Numbered from the stretch's first letter, positions 1 through 14,023 are shown. The stretch is 64,000 bases of DNA from Amoebophrya sp. A120 (GCA_905178155.1 CAJINV010000012.1:2763765-2827764); one strand, 5' to 3'. Notes: generated by a model not told the origin, from the sequence alone. Program-made: numbers and translations.

Positions 1-3000
1 AATGGTGTTGGCATAATTGGTACTACCAGTTGTGTTAGCCTCGTCAAGAAAGACCGATGAAAACGCCGAGTCAAAGTCGAACTTGTCCGGATCCTTGCCG
101 AAGCTGACGGGCAGGGATTTCGAGGCGCGCAGGGGTGGTTCGAAGTAGTGCGGGTCTTGCTGCTGCGGGGACAAAATGTTTTTGCTAGTTGATGTAGTTG
201 TACCAGAAGTTCTTGTTGCACCGATATTATTGTTCATAAGTCCGCTCGGCTTACTTGGCAGCGAATTGGACGCCGCGGAGCCCCCGCCTTGCAGGTTCTT
301 ATTTCTGGCGCCGCCTGCCATGGGAGACGTTTCATCATCCGCAGCGGGGGACGCTTGTGCATTTACGCCGCCTATCCTGTCGTGGTTCTGGCCTTGCGGT
401 GGATCTACTTCGCTGGGAGCTCCGCCGGCTGCATTTCTATCTCCGGCGTTTTTCCCAGGGGGTGCCGAGAGCGTGTGGGCCATTACTACTTGTCCTGTCT
501 CTTGTTCTGTAGTACCTGTGGCGCTTGTCGCGGTCTTTGCTCCTGCAGCTCCATCTGCGCTACTAGCAGTGACTGCGCCTCCCAAAGACGGTGCTGCCAC
601 GGGAACAACGGAAGAAGAGCTGGACGCAGGCGCAGTGCCGACTTGGAGAACAGTTGTGATGTCATTTGCTTGTTGACTTCCTAAAGAGGATGGCTCTGGT
701 TGTACTCCCGGAAGAGGTGCAGCTTCAGTGCCCGCATTATCATCCCCCAAAGCGGTATCCACAGCATCAAACTTCGCACCAACTCCTTCCTGCATTGTAC
801 CGTCAGTGCTGTTGCCAACAGTCGACGTAACTCCGCCTTCGTTGCTGGCTATTTGATTCTGCCCCTGTGGCTGATGCTGTAGTGCCAGCAACTCCGAGGA
901 CGTCAAATCTTCATCGTAAATATCGTCCCCGATCGACGCCTCCTCCGCCGCAGCGGCAAGAACCACCTTCATCGCAGCCGTTTGCGCTGTCGCTGCTGCT
1001 GATGTAGTTGGGCCACTCGTAGTACTCGCCGCCGCCGCGGACGATGTTGGCTTGATATTACTAGTTCCCGCTTGGGCCCCGAGCGGGTTCATCTTCGTCG
1101 CAGCAGCAGTACCAGCTCCTCCCACGACTTCGTCGGAGGTCAATTGTAGTAGTTCCGTGGAAGATTCGTGGCTCATCGCACCGGGGGCTCCTCCGAAGGA
1201 AGAAGTAAATCCAGGATTTAGTATCTCCAGCTCCGTATCGGAAACGTAATCTACCTCGTCCGCCTCGGGAGTGTCATCCCGCTGGTAGACCTTCGCTACC
1301 CATTCCGGCAACGAGATTTTTTGCAAGAGCTTTTCCATGGTATCCGAACTGAAGTCGTCAAACAGCGTCTGCATCTCCTGGTAGACCAGGTCCCGCCCGC
1401 TGATGTGCTGTTTCTATGACAGTGCATAACCCCCCCTCCCCCTCATTTGTGTTGCATGAACAGCAACACAAGCGCTGGCAAAGATGCAGCTTTTGCATGC
1501 CAAATTCCTAGGGGATTGTAGTGCTGTTGCGGATTCCGGAACCTGTCTTGCAAACAGTACTAACAGGCAAAGGGTGGATTTGAAATTTTGCATGACAAAT
1601 GAGGGGGAGGGGGAGTTGTGCACTTTCATAGTTTCGTCTCCTCGTCGTCAAGCTCTTCATCTAAGTCGCCAAACTCGCAAATGAGCAGAAAAGGAGCGCG
1701 GGTTTTCGTGGAAAAAACTCGGCAATCGTGGGCATGGACCTATTTTGATACTGATTTTTTCTCCGTCATGTTGGTGGCTGTGGCTCCTTCGCTCTTCAGA
1801 TTAAGAACATCAACAGAGCGGCCCTACCTTTTTTTATTCGAAGAACCTCTCAAGGAGAAGAACAAGTAGGACCTTAGGCTTAGCCATACCACGAATACGA
1901 TGGTGGATAGAAGTACTTAAATGCATTATCTTACCTTCAACAGCTGCAACCTAGTGTCCCAGCCGTGCAAAGGAACGTGCAGTCCGATCATTTGAAACTC
2001 CGATAGCGCCGTCGCGGCGAAGTATGAAAGTGCACAACTCCCGCCCCTCACCCTCATTTGTATTGCATAAGCGGCAATACAGGCATCAGCAAGAGTGCCG
2101 GTTTTGCATGACAAATTTCTAATGGATTGTAGTGCTATTTGGGCTACCAGAACTTGTCATGCAAACAGTGCCAACACACAGAGGTTGGATTCGGTATTTT
2201 GCATGACAAATGAGGGGGACGAGGGGGAGTTGTGCACTGTCATACGAAGCACCTGCGCTCCAGAAGCCACACGTTCAGGAGATTTAGCGGCTTTTGGATC
2301 GCCAAGTCGCGGTCTTCGCACCGGGTATAACGGGAACACAGGGAAGGGATGGAAATTCCAATTTGGCGCTTTTGTCAACTACAACATACGCAAAAACTAA
2401 AACACATTCATAATGCCTGCAATGAGCATGCTGTTCCTCTTCCTGTTGCTGGCGGGCATGACAAATCAGCAAAAAGAAAAATCCATCACCAGTCATTTTC
2501 TCCACGATACCGAATCACGTAGTCAGATAGGGAGAGCAGGAAAGTCGAAAAAGCCAATTGCGTGTTCCAGTAGTTTACCTTTTTTTGTTGGTAGACATGT
2601 AGTGACGAGCGGTTTCCTAGTATGCTTGTTGTATTAACTTTTGATCGTCAAAAATCACAGTTTCATTTTCCATGGTTTTTACCCACACTAATATGAAGAA
2701 GTGGGGTGCTGCTATCCTCAGACAAGACCCTTGATCAAATTTTCAAGTACCGTGAGAATCTTGGGTTGCTCTTCAATCCTGGGTATGCTATCCGACAGTT
2801 GGTCGCCAGCGTACACATTTGGCGCCGCTTCGTCCAGCTCTAAAAACCCGCCTCGCGCGTCGCGCTTCAAGGAACGGAGGTAGGTGAGGATAGAAGTACC
2901 AGCAGCAGGAGCTCCTGGTGCTGCGTTAAGGTTGTCAGAAAGGGTTTCGGAGGAAGTCTTTCGAATCGAGGTGGCGCTGGAGGAGGGTGGTATCGGTTGG

Positions 3001-4074
3001 AAAAACTTATAGCTGATGCGCCGTTGCCACCTTCCATGCGCATTCGTGATGTTGCATACGTACCTAAAGGCATACTTACAGTATGAGCACTATGATCTAC
3101 CCCCGTCGTCCGGTCCCTCATCTAGATCTAGTACAAGTAGTACTTCTAGGTACTTACAAACATCAACATGCTGATCATGATACAAAATCGACTTGCGCCC
3201 GGACACAGCAATGGGAATGGCAGGCACTGGCACAACAACAATTTTGCGTGAAATAGCAGTCGGTCCCTTCTTGAACGTGTCCAAGTGAGCATTCACGACG
3301 GCGCGCTCCACCTAGTAGTAGAGTTTGTCTTATTTGTCGTGCTAATTCTACATTCCATTTGGGTTTGTCATGCTAATTCTACATTCCACATTCATGCTAA
3401 TCCTACAAACCTGATCGATAAGGGTGTCTCCGGCGATTTTCAGAGCTTTGGTCTGTTCCCGCTCCTCGAAGACCGAGATGTATGCAATACAAAAGTATCG
3501 CACTAGCGGCAATCGCAACACCAATTTACCTGTGTAGCGAGGACTTTGTCATGCTAGACACGGTAATAGAAAGTATTTTTGTCATGCTAATGTACGAGCG
3601 CAATACTTTTGCAGAGGATAAGATGGCCAGCCAGTGGATTTTCAACGCGAAATGCACGGACGATTTCGCTTTCCACACGAGAAACTTGGAGAGCGACTGC
3701 GCAGATTTGGTGGTCTCCTTCGCGGACAGCCTCGTGATGCAGATCTGCACGAGTTGACAGAGGTAGAAATCCACCTCGACGTCGGATTTCTCGTACAGTT
3801 GGTTGACCAAGTAGTCCTGGATCCCCGGCCGCTCGTCGTGGTACAGGTAGTGCATCAGGTAGAAGATTTCGCTTTTGAAGTAGTCTGACTGGAAGAACCG
3901 CAGCAGCGAGTCGATGTTTTTGGAGCCAGGCCGGTTTTGGCTGGTCGTGCTGCTCAGCGCCTCCGACTCGTTGTAAAAGGTCATCATCTTGTTTGCAGCG
4001 GAGAAAGAACTGCTCCCGGCCGCCGCCGCCGCCGAGGAGGACATGGGGGCCGTGCTTCCGGAGGATACCATCAT
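1..4074 (-). CDS. PI4KB: Phosphatidylinositol 4-kinase III beta-like, multi-exon, 5' part only (catalytic domain lies beyond position 1)
   Basis: N-terminal helical segment LLRFFQSDYF..LMHYLY..GIQDYLVNQLY..VDFYLCQLVQ..HFALKIHWL; spliced continuation VERAVVN and LLK|VHAHDCRVFSTKTRAPFLLICE resembles PI4KIIIb. Exons between ~2300 and 3150 are not fully resolved. Confidence 0.85.
1415..1630. mobile_element. Introner, family A (TIR TATGAAAGTGCACAACTCCCCCTCCCCCTCATTTGT)
   Basis: TSD GTTTC; removal gives ETK|QHIS. Confidence 0.9.
1740..1934 (-). other. Canonical GT-AG intron (PI4K)
   Basis: AAG|GTAAG ... AATAG|GTC joins LLK|VHAHD. Confidence 0.8.
2023..2244. mobile_element. Introner, family A
   Basis: TSD CGAAG; removal gives RCF|AATA. 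Confidence 0.9.
3312..3410 (-). other. Canonical GT-AG intron (PI4K)
   Basis: CAG|GTTTG ... CTAG|GTG joins LIDQ|VERAVVN. Confidence 0.8.
3481..3620. mobile_element. Introner, family B (TIR TATnnnnTGCAAAAGTATCGYACT)
   Basis: TSD AGATG; removal gives WLAI|SVFE. Confidence 0.88.
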
Positions 4075-6139
4075 CGAGAAGCAGGAAACCAGCGGCCCTG
4101 CGCGAGTTCTGCCGCAGCTGAGAACCCCCGCAAAGCACTCGGAGAGACAATCGCAAATTTTGGCGTCGCCGGGGCTTTCATGGATACGGGGGGCGAAACA
4201 GAGAATAAAGTGCGGGGAAGGTCATTTGGTTTATTAAAGCGATTCTACTTCTTCTCTGTGTTTCCTTCAGAACCCAACTCAACTCAGTTTCGCAGGTAAA
4301 ACTGCGGTCGGACTCGCAGCACGCGGGCCGGAAGATCACAGTATAGTCATGACTTGCGTACTACACTTTAACTTTATTTATTCATTCTGATGTGGTATGT
4401 CCTAGAGTTGGCGTTGTCGCTGCAATCTTTACTACAAGCATCTGAGCCCCTTCTTTCCAGATAAGGAGCAGCGAGCAGTATTTTTCTTGTGGCTGTGCGC
4501 AAGCAAGTGGACTTATTAGATCATTGACTTGCAAGCGCACAAAGTGAAGTGGCGCCGCCTTATTTCTTTTTCTTTGCCCGTACTCAATTGGGACGGGGAA
4601 CAACGCACAACCATCAAAATCGGGCGACCCGCAGTCCGTCGCAGCGGCAGCCGCAGGGAGAAGCATTAAGGTGCAGCGAGCTCCAGTTTGCGAAGGCCCA
4701 TGCCCGCCAAACTACTGACAGAGAGAAAAAACGGCGCCGCCGCCGCATGCTCTGCTCGGTCCACACATCGCTCCGCCCCGCCGACCAGCGGGGGCAGAAG
4801 TCCAATCAATCTGGGGCCGCAACGCACGGGCCGAGCATATTTATGCGGGTCGGCACTCCATCCGAGAAAAGGGCTGCGCGCACGCCTCTAAGGAAGTAAC
4901 ACGGCACTCGCGCGCCCTGTTCAGCGTGCCCGGAAATATAGATGACACAGACATAGACCGACGGACGCGCGCGAACCAAGGCGCGGGAGCAATGCGGGCC
5001 CACCACAAGCCCGGCCAACCAGGCCCGCGCACACCGGCTGGCCGGGGGGGGCCCAACCTGCCAAGCAAGCAAACCATCGGGCGGCCGGCAAGAATCAATG
5101 AAAACACAAGGGGGCGGCGCCCTCTGCCTGCCGGCCCACGAGGGGCGCGCCCGCTTTGCGCGGGAAAATGACGCGCCGCCGCCGGCTGCGTGCGCCCACA
5201 GACAACACTCCCGCCCGCGCACACAAACAAAGGCGGCCGACGCCAGACGGGGGGGGGGGAACCAAGGGCCCGGGGCATTCCAAGCCTTCTGCGTTGCCTT
5301 TGCAAGCCCCGCATTGAGTTTGCGGGGGGGGCCGCGGCGCGGCGGAGCTTGCCGCTGCTTTGTACAGCGTCGAGGGCCCGCGAAGGCCACTCTCGCACCG
5401 CTCGCCGGCCCGGCGGGCAGCCCCGGCCGGCGCGGGGCCCGCCGCCGGGGCGCGCCGATAGAAACAAAGCGGGCGGGCAAAGGGAACGAAGGAAAGCGGG
5501 GGGGCGCCGCCCCCTGCCTTCGTTCACCCTCCGGCGCGGTTGCGATGGATGGAAGCCGCTGGCGTCGGCCGGTCCCCCGTCACCTGCGTGCCTTGGCGAG
5601 TGGTGGCCCGGGCCCCCCGTTTCCTTCCTAAGGCCCGCCGGCGCGAAGGCCCCCGGCGGATACGCAAGACGGGCCCGCCGGGCGGGCCCCACCTCCTCGA
5701 CCCCCCCAAAGCGCCCCAAGGGGCGCCCATCCGCAGGGGGCCGCAACGTTCCAACTGCAGCCCCGCCCCCGGCGGCGAACGCTCACCCCGACAAATATCA
5801 GGCGCGGCAATTCTACCAAAGAGCGCCCCGCACTTGTGCGCCGTATCTGTGTGGCCGCCCCGCGTCTCCAGTTGCTCAGCGTTAGTGGTCAACCAGCTTC
5901 CTCATACACACAAACAGCAGCCGAAACAGCCTCGCCAGATTTGGAACACAAGTGGAACAGCGCTCCGGTCGCAAGATGAAACGACGCACTTTGTTACCTT
6001 GGCAAAGGTTTTTTTTTTGCGCAGAGCACGCTTGGAACTGGAACAGGAAACTGTTCGTAAAATTCATTTCTATTTTCGTCATGATCATTTTATTTCTGTC
6101 TCACAAGGACATAAAGCTTGTGCAACTACCAAACATGGA

Positions 6140-9123
6140 TCAGACAGCAGGTTTTGGTAGCCACTGCAATGCGCGACTCATTGTGTATCTCGACGGTTGA
6201 AACAATACCGAAGGCCACACTTTGCAGCGAAAATCTAGATTTTCATAGTCACAATTATCACCTCCTTGCTCAACCTCCATCCGGCCATCGCTCCTCGTCC
6301 CCTGCATTTCCTCCTCCGTTGTAGTGCCACTTCTATCGTACAGTTTCATTTTCCGCTGCATTCTAAAATCCTTCGTACCACGGCCTCCCCCAGCTGCACC
6401 TCCGCCCCGGCCAGCTCTCCTACCCCTACGCCCCCCGCCGAAGCAGCTCAGTGGCGGGCTCGCGTTTTTGTCCACGTGGAGGTAGTCCCCCATGACGGAG
6501 CGGACGTTCTCCAGCGCGGCGTCAAATTCCAGCAAGGGGTCCTCCGAATCCATGAAATCCGTGTAGTGGTGCACGTGGGCGCGCCGCTTGTACAGGCGCT
6601 CAAACTTCCGCACAATCGACTGCAGCAGCCCGGGGACGATGCCGCAGTTGTTGGCCAGTCCGAGGCAACTGTGCTTGTACGCCGAGGCGGTGGTGGTGAA
6701 CGCCGCCGCCCCCCCGGACGCCGCCGCGCTACTCGCATTGTAGTGCGTCGAGTTCGTGGTCGGCACGTTGCTGCAGAGTCCGATCTTGATCGCGTCTTCG
6801 TTAAAAGGGAGGAACTTCAGCTTTTGCTTCACTCTCGTCACGTTCCTGGTCACGTCCTGAATGCCGCAGTCCGAGCTGCGGACGAGAAACGCCTGTGCAA
6901 GCGTGACGTGGCTCTTCGGGTTCACGTACTGAAAAGCACCAGGGTCCACGACCCCTCCACTCGCGAAAGAACAACCTCCGACTACATGATCCGCTGATGG
7001 TACGAACCCTAGACTGCTGTTGTGGTGCTCCACCACCGTGTTTTGGCTGTTGTAATTCCAGCAGAGGCATCAAATGTAAAAATGTGTGGGTCTGGAAGAA
7101 TGCAAGTTTGTCATGCTTGTCTGGCACGACTCGAGAATCTGTGGCGCATAGGCACGAAAAGGCCCTCTTACCTGTCATGCAAAAACGCAGTTTGCCATGC
7201 GGAATACGTAAGACATGGGAGCCAAAAGATTTGTCATGCATAGCTGCGTATTGCAGTGCGTCTCCCATTCGCTTTTAGCATTACAAGTTTCCAGACCCAG
7301 ACATTTTTGCAATCCATAAGAGGGAATGGTCCGCCGTCAGCGCCACGTCCGCGAACATTTGGTCGACGGCATCGAATCCAAATGTGTCTGGGTCTGGAAG
7401 AGTTGAACTTGTATTGCTGTCTGCGGACTCTAAAAATATCTGTGTTGCACGAGCAGCAAGAGGAGTGAGCTCTTGGCACGCGGAGAGGGCATTTCTCATT
7501 GCGTAATTAGCATCAAGATCAAGAAGCTCTCAAAAAATATGTGATGGTAGCACCAGCATCACAGATCTCACGGTTCATGCAAAATGTGCATGACAAGCCC
7601 CCACGCTTTCATACCCAGACATATTTGCAGTTGATAGAAGGAGCGAGGCAGCAACTTCCGGTCCTTGGAGACTGTCAGAGGGGATAAAGAGGAATTCAAA
7701 AAGTGCATTTTCGGGTAGGGGACGAGGTTCGTCGTGATTTCGTTCAAATCCAGGTTTAACGATCCGCTGTACCGCATCGAGGCCGTCAAGTGGTTCAGCA
7801 TCTGCGCAACCAAGAGGTTCATGTCCCCGAAGGGGGGGCCAGAGGGCTTCGTAGTTTGAGGAGCAACAGATCCAGTTCCTTGATGTGGTCCTCGACCAAG
7901 AACTGTCTGGTCGAAGTCACTGACCGGCGTTCTTGTACTTAGCACAGAAGATGAACCTGGTGCGGTTCTAGCGGTAAGAACCGCGTTGGAACAAAACGCT
8001 GAGTTGCCAGAGGCGGAAAGCAAAGTCGCCGCGGTGTTCGAAGATGCGGCGGAAGATTGTTCAACAGATGTTGATGATGATCCAGCTCCAGTCTTGCTCT
8101 TACACGCGGAGTTGATTCGGTCGACGAGATGGATCAAACTGTCGTTATTCACGGGTAACACGCAGTGCGCGTTGTCGATCATTTTGTTCAGTGCCAGCAG
8201 ATATCAACTGTAAAAATGTCTGGGTCTCGAAGAATTCATGTTTGTCATGCCTGTCTGGCATGACTCTTAAATCTGTCACGCACGTTACCCAAGAGCTCCG
8301 CTTTTCTGTGATGCAGAAGCGCAGTTTGTCATGCAGAATAGGCAACACCTAAGAGCTCATGAACTTGTCATGCTGAGCCAGCATCTGTAGCCTCATCATG
8401 AGACGCCACCCAGCATCACAAGTTTTCAGACCCAGACATTTTTACTTTTGATAGCAGACTGTTGTACGGACTCGTGATCACGTCATCCGTTTGCAGCGAG
8501 GGCGTAACGCAGGACACGAATCGGTAGTACTCGGGGTAGTTATCCGCCAGAATGTTCTCCAGGGTGTACGTCCCGACCCCGGATCCCGTGCCGCCACCGA
8601 CGGATTGGAGTAAGAGAAAGCACTGCAGGCTGTCGCACTTCTCCACCGCGTTCCGCACCGCCTTTTCGATCTTGTTGTGATACATTTGCTTCCCATAGTG
8701 ATAATACCCGTGGGCCCAGTTGTTTCCACTGCCGGAGACGTCGGTGACAATCTGCTTGCGGTCGAAAATGTCGCCGAGGGGGCCTTTCAGAAGCGAATTC
8801 ACCACACCGTCCTCCATGTCGACGAGGACCGCTCGCGCCTTCAGCGTTTTGATCTCAGTCGTGACTTTCGGGTCGATGTCCCGGTCGTTCCGTCGGTCGA
8901 TGTTGCGGAAGAAAGAGGACAGGGCGTCGTCAAAGTGGTACTGTGGGTGGGAGGGGTTACTTGGTCCGGCGGGGGTGTGCTTGTTGGTTAGCGAGCTTGA
9001 TGGCCCGTGTTGCTGCTGTTGAAATATGTGGTCCAGGTGTTCCTGCAGCGCCAGGTCCCAAAACCGGCACCCGATTTGGTTGCCGCATTGGCCAACCTGA
9101 ACGGTTATCACTTCGCGGGGCAT
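6140..9123 (-). CDS. TUBE1: Epsilon-tubulin, 4 exons separated by 3 introners
   Basis: MPREVITVQVGQCGNQIGCRFWDLALQEH, SGSGNNWAHGY, GGGTGSG, LNLDLNEITTNLVPYPKMHF, LYKRRAHVHHY; frame restored at all 3 junctions (SPYNSL|LALNKM, PRS|DQMF, DHSL|CWNY). Confidence 0.95.
7068..7318. mobile_element. Introner, family C (TIR TATCAAATGCAAAAATGTCTGGGTCTGG)
   Basis: TSD AGAGG; left end CAT variant. Confidence 0.9.
7370..7636. mobile_element. Introner, family C
   Basis: TSD GACGG/GAAGG; left end CAT variant. Confidence 0.88.
8202..8453. mobile_element. Introner, family C
   Basis: TSD GCAGA. Confidence 0.92.
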
Positions 9124-11170
9124 GGTGTCGGGGGTTGTTGGAAAATGGTTTTTGAAACTCGCTTTGATAAACAGCCTAATCTTTTAGAAGTACTTGATGA
9201 AGTGAGCGGATTGCTTACGAGGCAACCATTGCAAAGCCAAGTCACAAGCGAAAGCTTTCGATCGTAGAACAGCTTGCCTTCTTCAAAAGATTCTACGGAC
9301 GGAAAAAATCACAGGCATTAACCCTCAGTCGCCAGCTGAGCCAGCTTGGGAGAAGATTTTTCTGGGGCGGACAAAATTGCCGACGAACATAGTAAAGCGT
9401 CCCAACAAATAAGCACCAAGAAAGGAACTAACGCTGCACACTGCGGCGTGAGACCCTCTCCATTAGGGCGGCACTGCCCCCCGGCGGCAGCGCGCGGGAA
9501 CGGCACACCACCGGAGGCTGCCGATACGCCCAACAAACTGCGCAGGCAGGGGCGACAAAAAGGCGCACGCACCCGGTTCCTGGGCGGAGGGGGGGGGGCG
9601 GGGCGGGGCGGATCGGCGAAGGGCACCATAGTAGCCCTCCCTTGCGCGGGGCCGGCAGGCTGGCAAAACACGCGGCTGCCCCCTCCGCCGAAGGGGACAA
9701 GCGCCACACCCCAAAAGCCTAGCCCTTCCGCCCGCCGTGGCGCGGGCGCAGGCGGGGCAGCGGCAGAACGAAAGGGGGCGCGCGGACCAACCAAGCCACC
9801 ACGCGGCCAGACGGCCGCGCCCCCCCGCCCTGGCAAGCTGGCAAAACAAACCGACACGGCCGGGCCCCCATTGGTGCTGTTAGTTGATTCGTCGCTTCGC
9901 GGCCGGGCGCCTTCACCGACCCCCTCCGCCCCGCGGGCTCGCTCTTTCACGACGCGCAGTTCTTCCGCTGGCGCACCCAACCCCACCCAAAGCCACCCCG
10001 CCCGACGCGCGGGCGCGCCCCAAAAAGGGGCGGGCACGCGCAAGCAACCAAGGCACAGGCCTCAGGCCAAACCAAAACGCCCGCAGGGCGGCCGGGCGGC
10101 GCTGATACCTTCCGAGCGCCCCCCCCCCCGGGTTCACCAAGAACCCGCCCGCCCGCGGCCCACGGCACGCCCGCCCACCTTGGTGGCGAGCAGTTTTTCC
10201 CCGATCTTCATGGCCTCGCCGATCAGGCGGCACAACTACGTCAAGGATGCGGGCCACCGACACCGGGCGGGGCGGCGGCTCTATACTTTGCGCGCCAGAA
10301 TCGTGCACACCTTCGCGCCACGCACATTCTGCTTGCGAAGGCGGTCACCCAAGGAAGCCAAATCGGGGCGCGCCCGGCGTTTTATCACCCAAGCCGATAC
10401 CCGCTGCAACCTCCTTCCGTGCCCATCCAAACGCGGGCCGCCGGCAGGTGCGTGGGCGCGCGCCCAACGCCGCTGCGCCGCCTTGCCCGCGCTGCGTAGC
10501 TACTCGCGGAATCGGTGGCCCGCCGGGGCACAGGAGTACGGCGGGCGGCAAGCGGGGTGGCGGCGCCGCCTTTGCGGCGAAAAACTGGCCACCCGATCCC
10601 GGGCCGGCCGTTCCCGTACCACCTGGCGCCCTCAATCTGCGGCAAGATCGTTGCCCGAACGATGGCAGGGGCGACCTCGGAGCGACGTCCCCGCTCCTGC
10701 TGCAGGGTCCACAGCCCCAACGAAGCGGCCCCCGGGGGCCCGAGTTCGTGGAGCCCGAACCCCGCGCGATGTCAAGGCAGCCACTGCCGCCACTGCTATT
10801 TTCGTTATGGTCCGTCCACGATAATGTCGCGCAATTTTTGTACGATCGGCCACAACAGGTTCGTCACTGCGCGATCATTCGGATCCACTTGAATTTGTAC
10901 CACACAGGGAACATCACTTAGACTCAGTCAAATGATATTACGACGGAACTCCTCCGGAAGTGAAAACTTCGCGTCCACATGCCACTGCGGCCACATGCTT
11001 GCTCAAAGAGGTACAGGTAGGTTCGGGTGCAAAATCAAACCAAAGAGCACCAAGACGAAGACCAATTTCATTTCATTCACTTTCAATTCTTGGCACAGCC
11101 AAAGTGGCCGGCGATGTCAAAGAACTCATCAGCACGCTCGCAAGCGTCGCACCCACAGAATCAATTGTCT

Positions 11171-14023
11171 CTACAAATCATCCTCTACCCACGCGTCATG
11201 GCCATGGCGCGGCGGCGGTCCACCCGAAGTAGATCCAGGAAAATTATTTGCCCTGTAATTCCCACCGTCTTCCCCAAAGAAGTCCACTTTGCCATAAAAG
11301 AGCAACTCAAACACCTTCGAGTAGATCCCCGTTGCGTAAAACCGCCAGCCGAAGCCGAGGATAAGGAAGAAAATGAAGTACCGCCACCAGTTGGAATCCG
11401 GGTTAGTACTTGCATTTGCTCCCATTCCACCAGAGAGATTCTTACTTTGACCACCAACAGTATCGGAGTCTTCTTCATCTAGAATCTCCTCTCCCCGTCT
11501 GCTTCGTTCCTGCACCGCGAGTAACTCCCGTTGCACAACCGGATCGAGCAGATCTAGCCCGTACTGCTTGGCTTCTTCGATCATCTCCTGGGTCGGGTTC
11601 GCGTAATCAATTGCCTGTTTCATCGCCCGCTTCGCCTGTTCAATCTCCTGGTCCAGTTTTCTCGCCTCCTCAAACTTCCCGTTTCGCTGGTACAAATCCC
11701 GAAGAAGCATGGCGTCGTGGATCTTCTGCGTCATAGGATCCCCCTTGTTCCCGCCTGCTCCTGTTTGCTGCTGAAACGCACGGTCGCGCGCTTTCTGCAG
11801 TAACGGGTCGAAGTTGGTGGACGAAGATGTACTATTTTCATTGCGGTTCACCGCGTACGAGTCTGCTGCAGAGGCGGAAAAGAGTTTTCCTTTGAAGGTT
11901 TGCTTGCTCTTCCGGTCCATTTCTTTCTTCTCCTCACGGCAACGCTGGTACAGGGCACGGATCTGAGGATTTGATGTGAGTTTGTCATGCTCAGGTTGCA
12001 TATGTAAAAGCCGTTCTAGGGGTGCTGACATGCAAAGAACGCGTGACAGAAACAACGTGACATTCACATTGTCAAAAACAAATACATACTTCTTTCGACC
12101 CCGGCTGTAATTCTAGCGCCCGCCCCAAATCTGCGATTGCACAGTCGATCTCCACACTGCCTGACCCCGGACTGGCCACGTGGCACTGCGCCCGCCGGTA
12201 CAGCGCTTTCACGCAACTCGGGTTCATCTGCTGCAAAATCGCGGTGCAGACCAGCCTGCAGTCGTAGTACTGCCCGGATTTCAAATAGCAGGCGGCGATG
12301 TTGAGAGCGCAGGTTTCGCGGAACTCCGATGCGGTAGTAGTAGTCGGGCTGCCCTGCGAAGAGGATGTCGCCGAGTTTAGAACCGAAGAAGAAGGGCATG
12401 CACTGCTACTGCTGCTACTTCCTCCGCTCGTTTCCCGTGGGCCGAGGTTGTTTTGATTAGCAGTTGACGAAGATGCTCCGCCAACACTGCGCTTCACACC
12501 GAGACTACCACCACTCACCCGGCCACTGTCCGCATTCGCGCCGGTGTGGAACATAGACCTTGACGTCGGCTGGAGTTTGTCATGCGAAACAGCAAAAATA
12601 TTACCTTCTTCGTTTCGATTCTTACACGACGTCGAAACCAACTCGAAGTACTCGTCCGACCGGAGGAAAACTTCGCGTCTGCTGCTACTCGCTTTCCCCG
12701 AATTCAATTTCTCCTCTTCCTCTTCCCCCGCGATCACCACGACCAAAACATCGTCGTCAATGCCTCTTTGGCTGTTTTTCCACGCCGGATCTCTGCTCTC
12801 CACCCACGCAAACAAGCCCGCGGCTTTTTCGTACTCATGCACTGCGTCGGCACAGTTGTTTTGCGAAAACAACTCGTTCCCCTTCTGCTTCATCGCCATC
12901 GCTTCCTTCATCCGGTCTTGGAAAGACAGCAACCGCATTATTACAGTGAAAAGTGCCCCCCACCCCTGAAGTTGCAAAAGCAAAAATCTGTGATGCGAAG
13001 TTTCCAAATGAAAACTTTTTGTCATGCATGAAAGGAGTATGAATCTTTCTGATGCAGAGTCTAGGCGTGCATCGCATCGCTTGCATGACAAGCGCCGCTC
13101 TTGCTGGGGTCTTTGGCAATACAAATTTTTGCTATTCACCATTGGAAACCTGTGATGCTGATAGATGCAAGACGGCGAATGTTTCACTTGGAAAGGTTTG
13201 CAATACAAATGCTCCCAAGTTCGGGGGTGGGTGCGTTTTTCATTGTAATACGCATTTCCCGCATCTCCTTCCGTTCCCCGAAAAATAGCGTGTGCTGCAG
13301 GTTACCAACTGTAAAAATGTCTGGGTCTGGAAACTTGTAATGCTGCGTTGGGAATAGTGAACGCCCTGTAATGCACAGGCAAGCATGAGAAATATCTGCG
13401 CTTCTTTGTGTTGCGTTTTTCGCGTGACAAACTGCGTTGTTGCATGACAGGCAAAAGGGTCTCTTGCTCTTCTTGGACACGCATCACAAACTTTTTGGTC
13501 ATGCCAGACAAGCATGACAAATCTCGCAATCTTCCAGACCCAGACATTTTTGCATTTGATACAGGTAGAGCGGGAGCGATTCGAAGCGTTTCCGCTTCTC
13601 CGTCATTTGCTCGCCCTTGATCTTTATCAAATGCAAAAGTGTCTGCGTCTGGGACTTTGCGCGACGTGTCATGCAGGTTTTCCATGACCCATACGATCTG
13701 TAATGGAGGACCTAGCACGACAGATTCCGTGAGATCACTATCATGCCTATCCTGCATGAGAAGCTCACTCTCAACTTGATCAAGAGTGGACAGCGTTTGG
13801 TAATCAAAATCATGCAACACAGATTTTTGCGTGATTCAGGTTTAGCATCACATGTTCCAACCTTCCAGGCCCAGACATTTTTGCAATGCATAATCTTGCA
13901 CGCGTGCTGCAGGATGTCGCCGAACTCCGTGCCGGGGGCGAGCGGGTTTTCGGGTGGCTCGGCGGAAGAACCGGCGGACCCGCCGGCGGGCGGGGTGGAG
14001 GAAGAAGAAGAGGAGGATACCAT
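11171..14023 (-). CDS. TPR-domain (FKBP/Cyp40-type 3-TPR) co-chaperone-like protein with C-terminal hydrophobic segment
   Basis: AMKQKGNELF..YEKA, CALNIAACYLK..Y, CVKALYRRAQC, DLGRALELQPGSKE|IRALY; 3 introners plus 1 GT-AG intron; ends ...WVEDDL*. Start codon uncertain. Confidence 0.8.
11963..12089 (-). other. Canonical GT-AG intron (TPR gene)
   Basis: GAA|GTATG ... CTCAG|ATC joins GSKE|IRAL. Confidence 0.8.
12939..13250. mobile_element. Introner, family D-like (TIR TATTACARTGAAAA..CCCACCCC)
   Basis: TSD CGCAT; removal gives REMR|LLSF. Confidence 0.88.
13303..13561. mobile_element. Introner, family C
   Basis: TSD CAGGT; left end TAC variant. Confidence 0.9.
13625..13892. mobile_element. 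Introner, family C
   Basis: TSD ATCTT. Confidence 0.9.

Noticed and set aside
4806-10921. Long Arg/Gly/Pro/Ala-rich ORFs on both strands in the GC islands
   Set aside because: Stop-codon depletion from extreme GC content; no recognisable domains.
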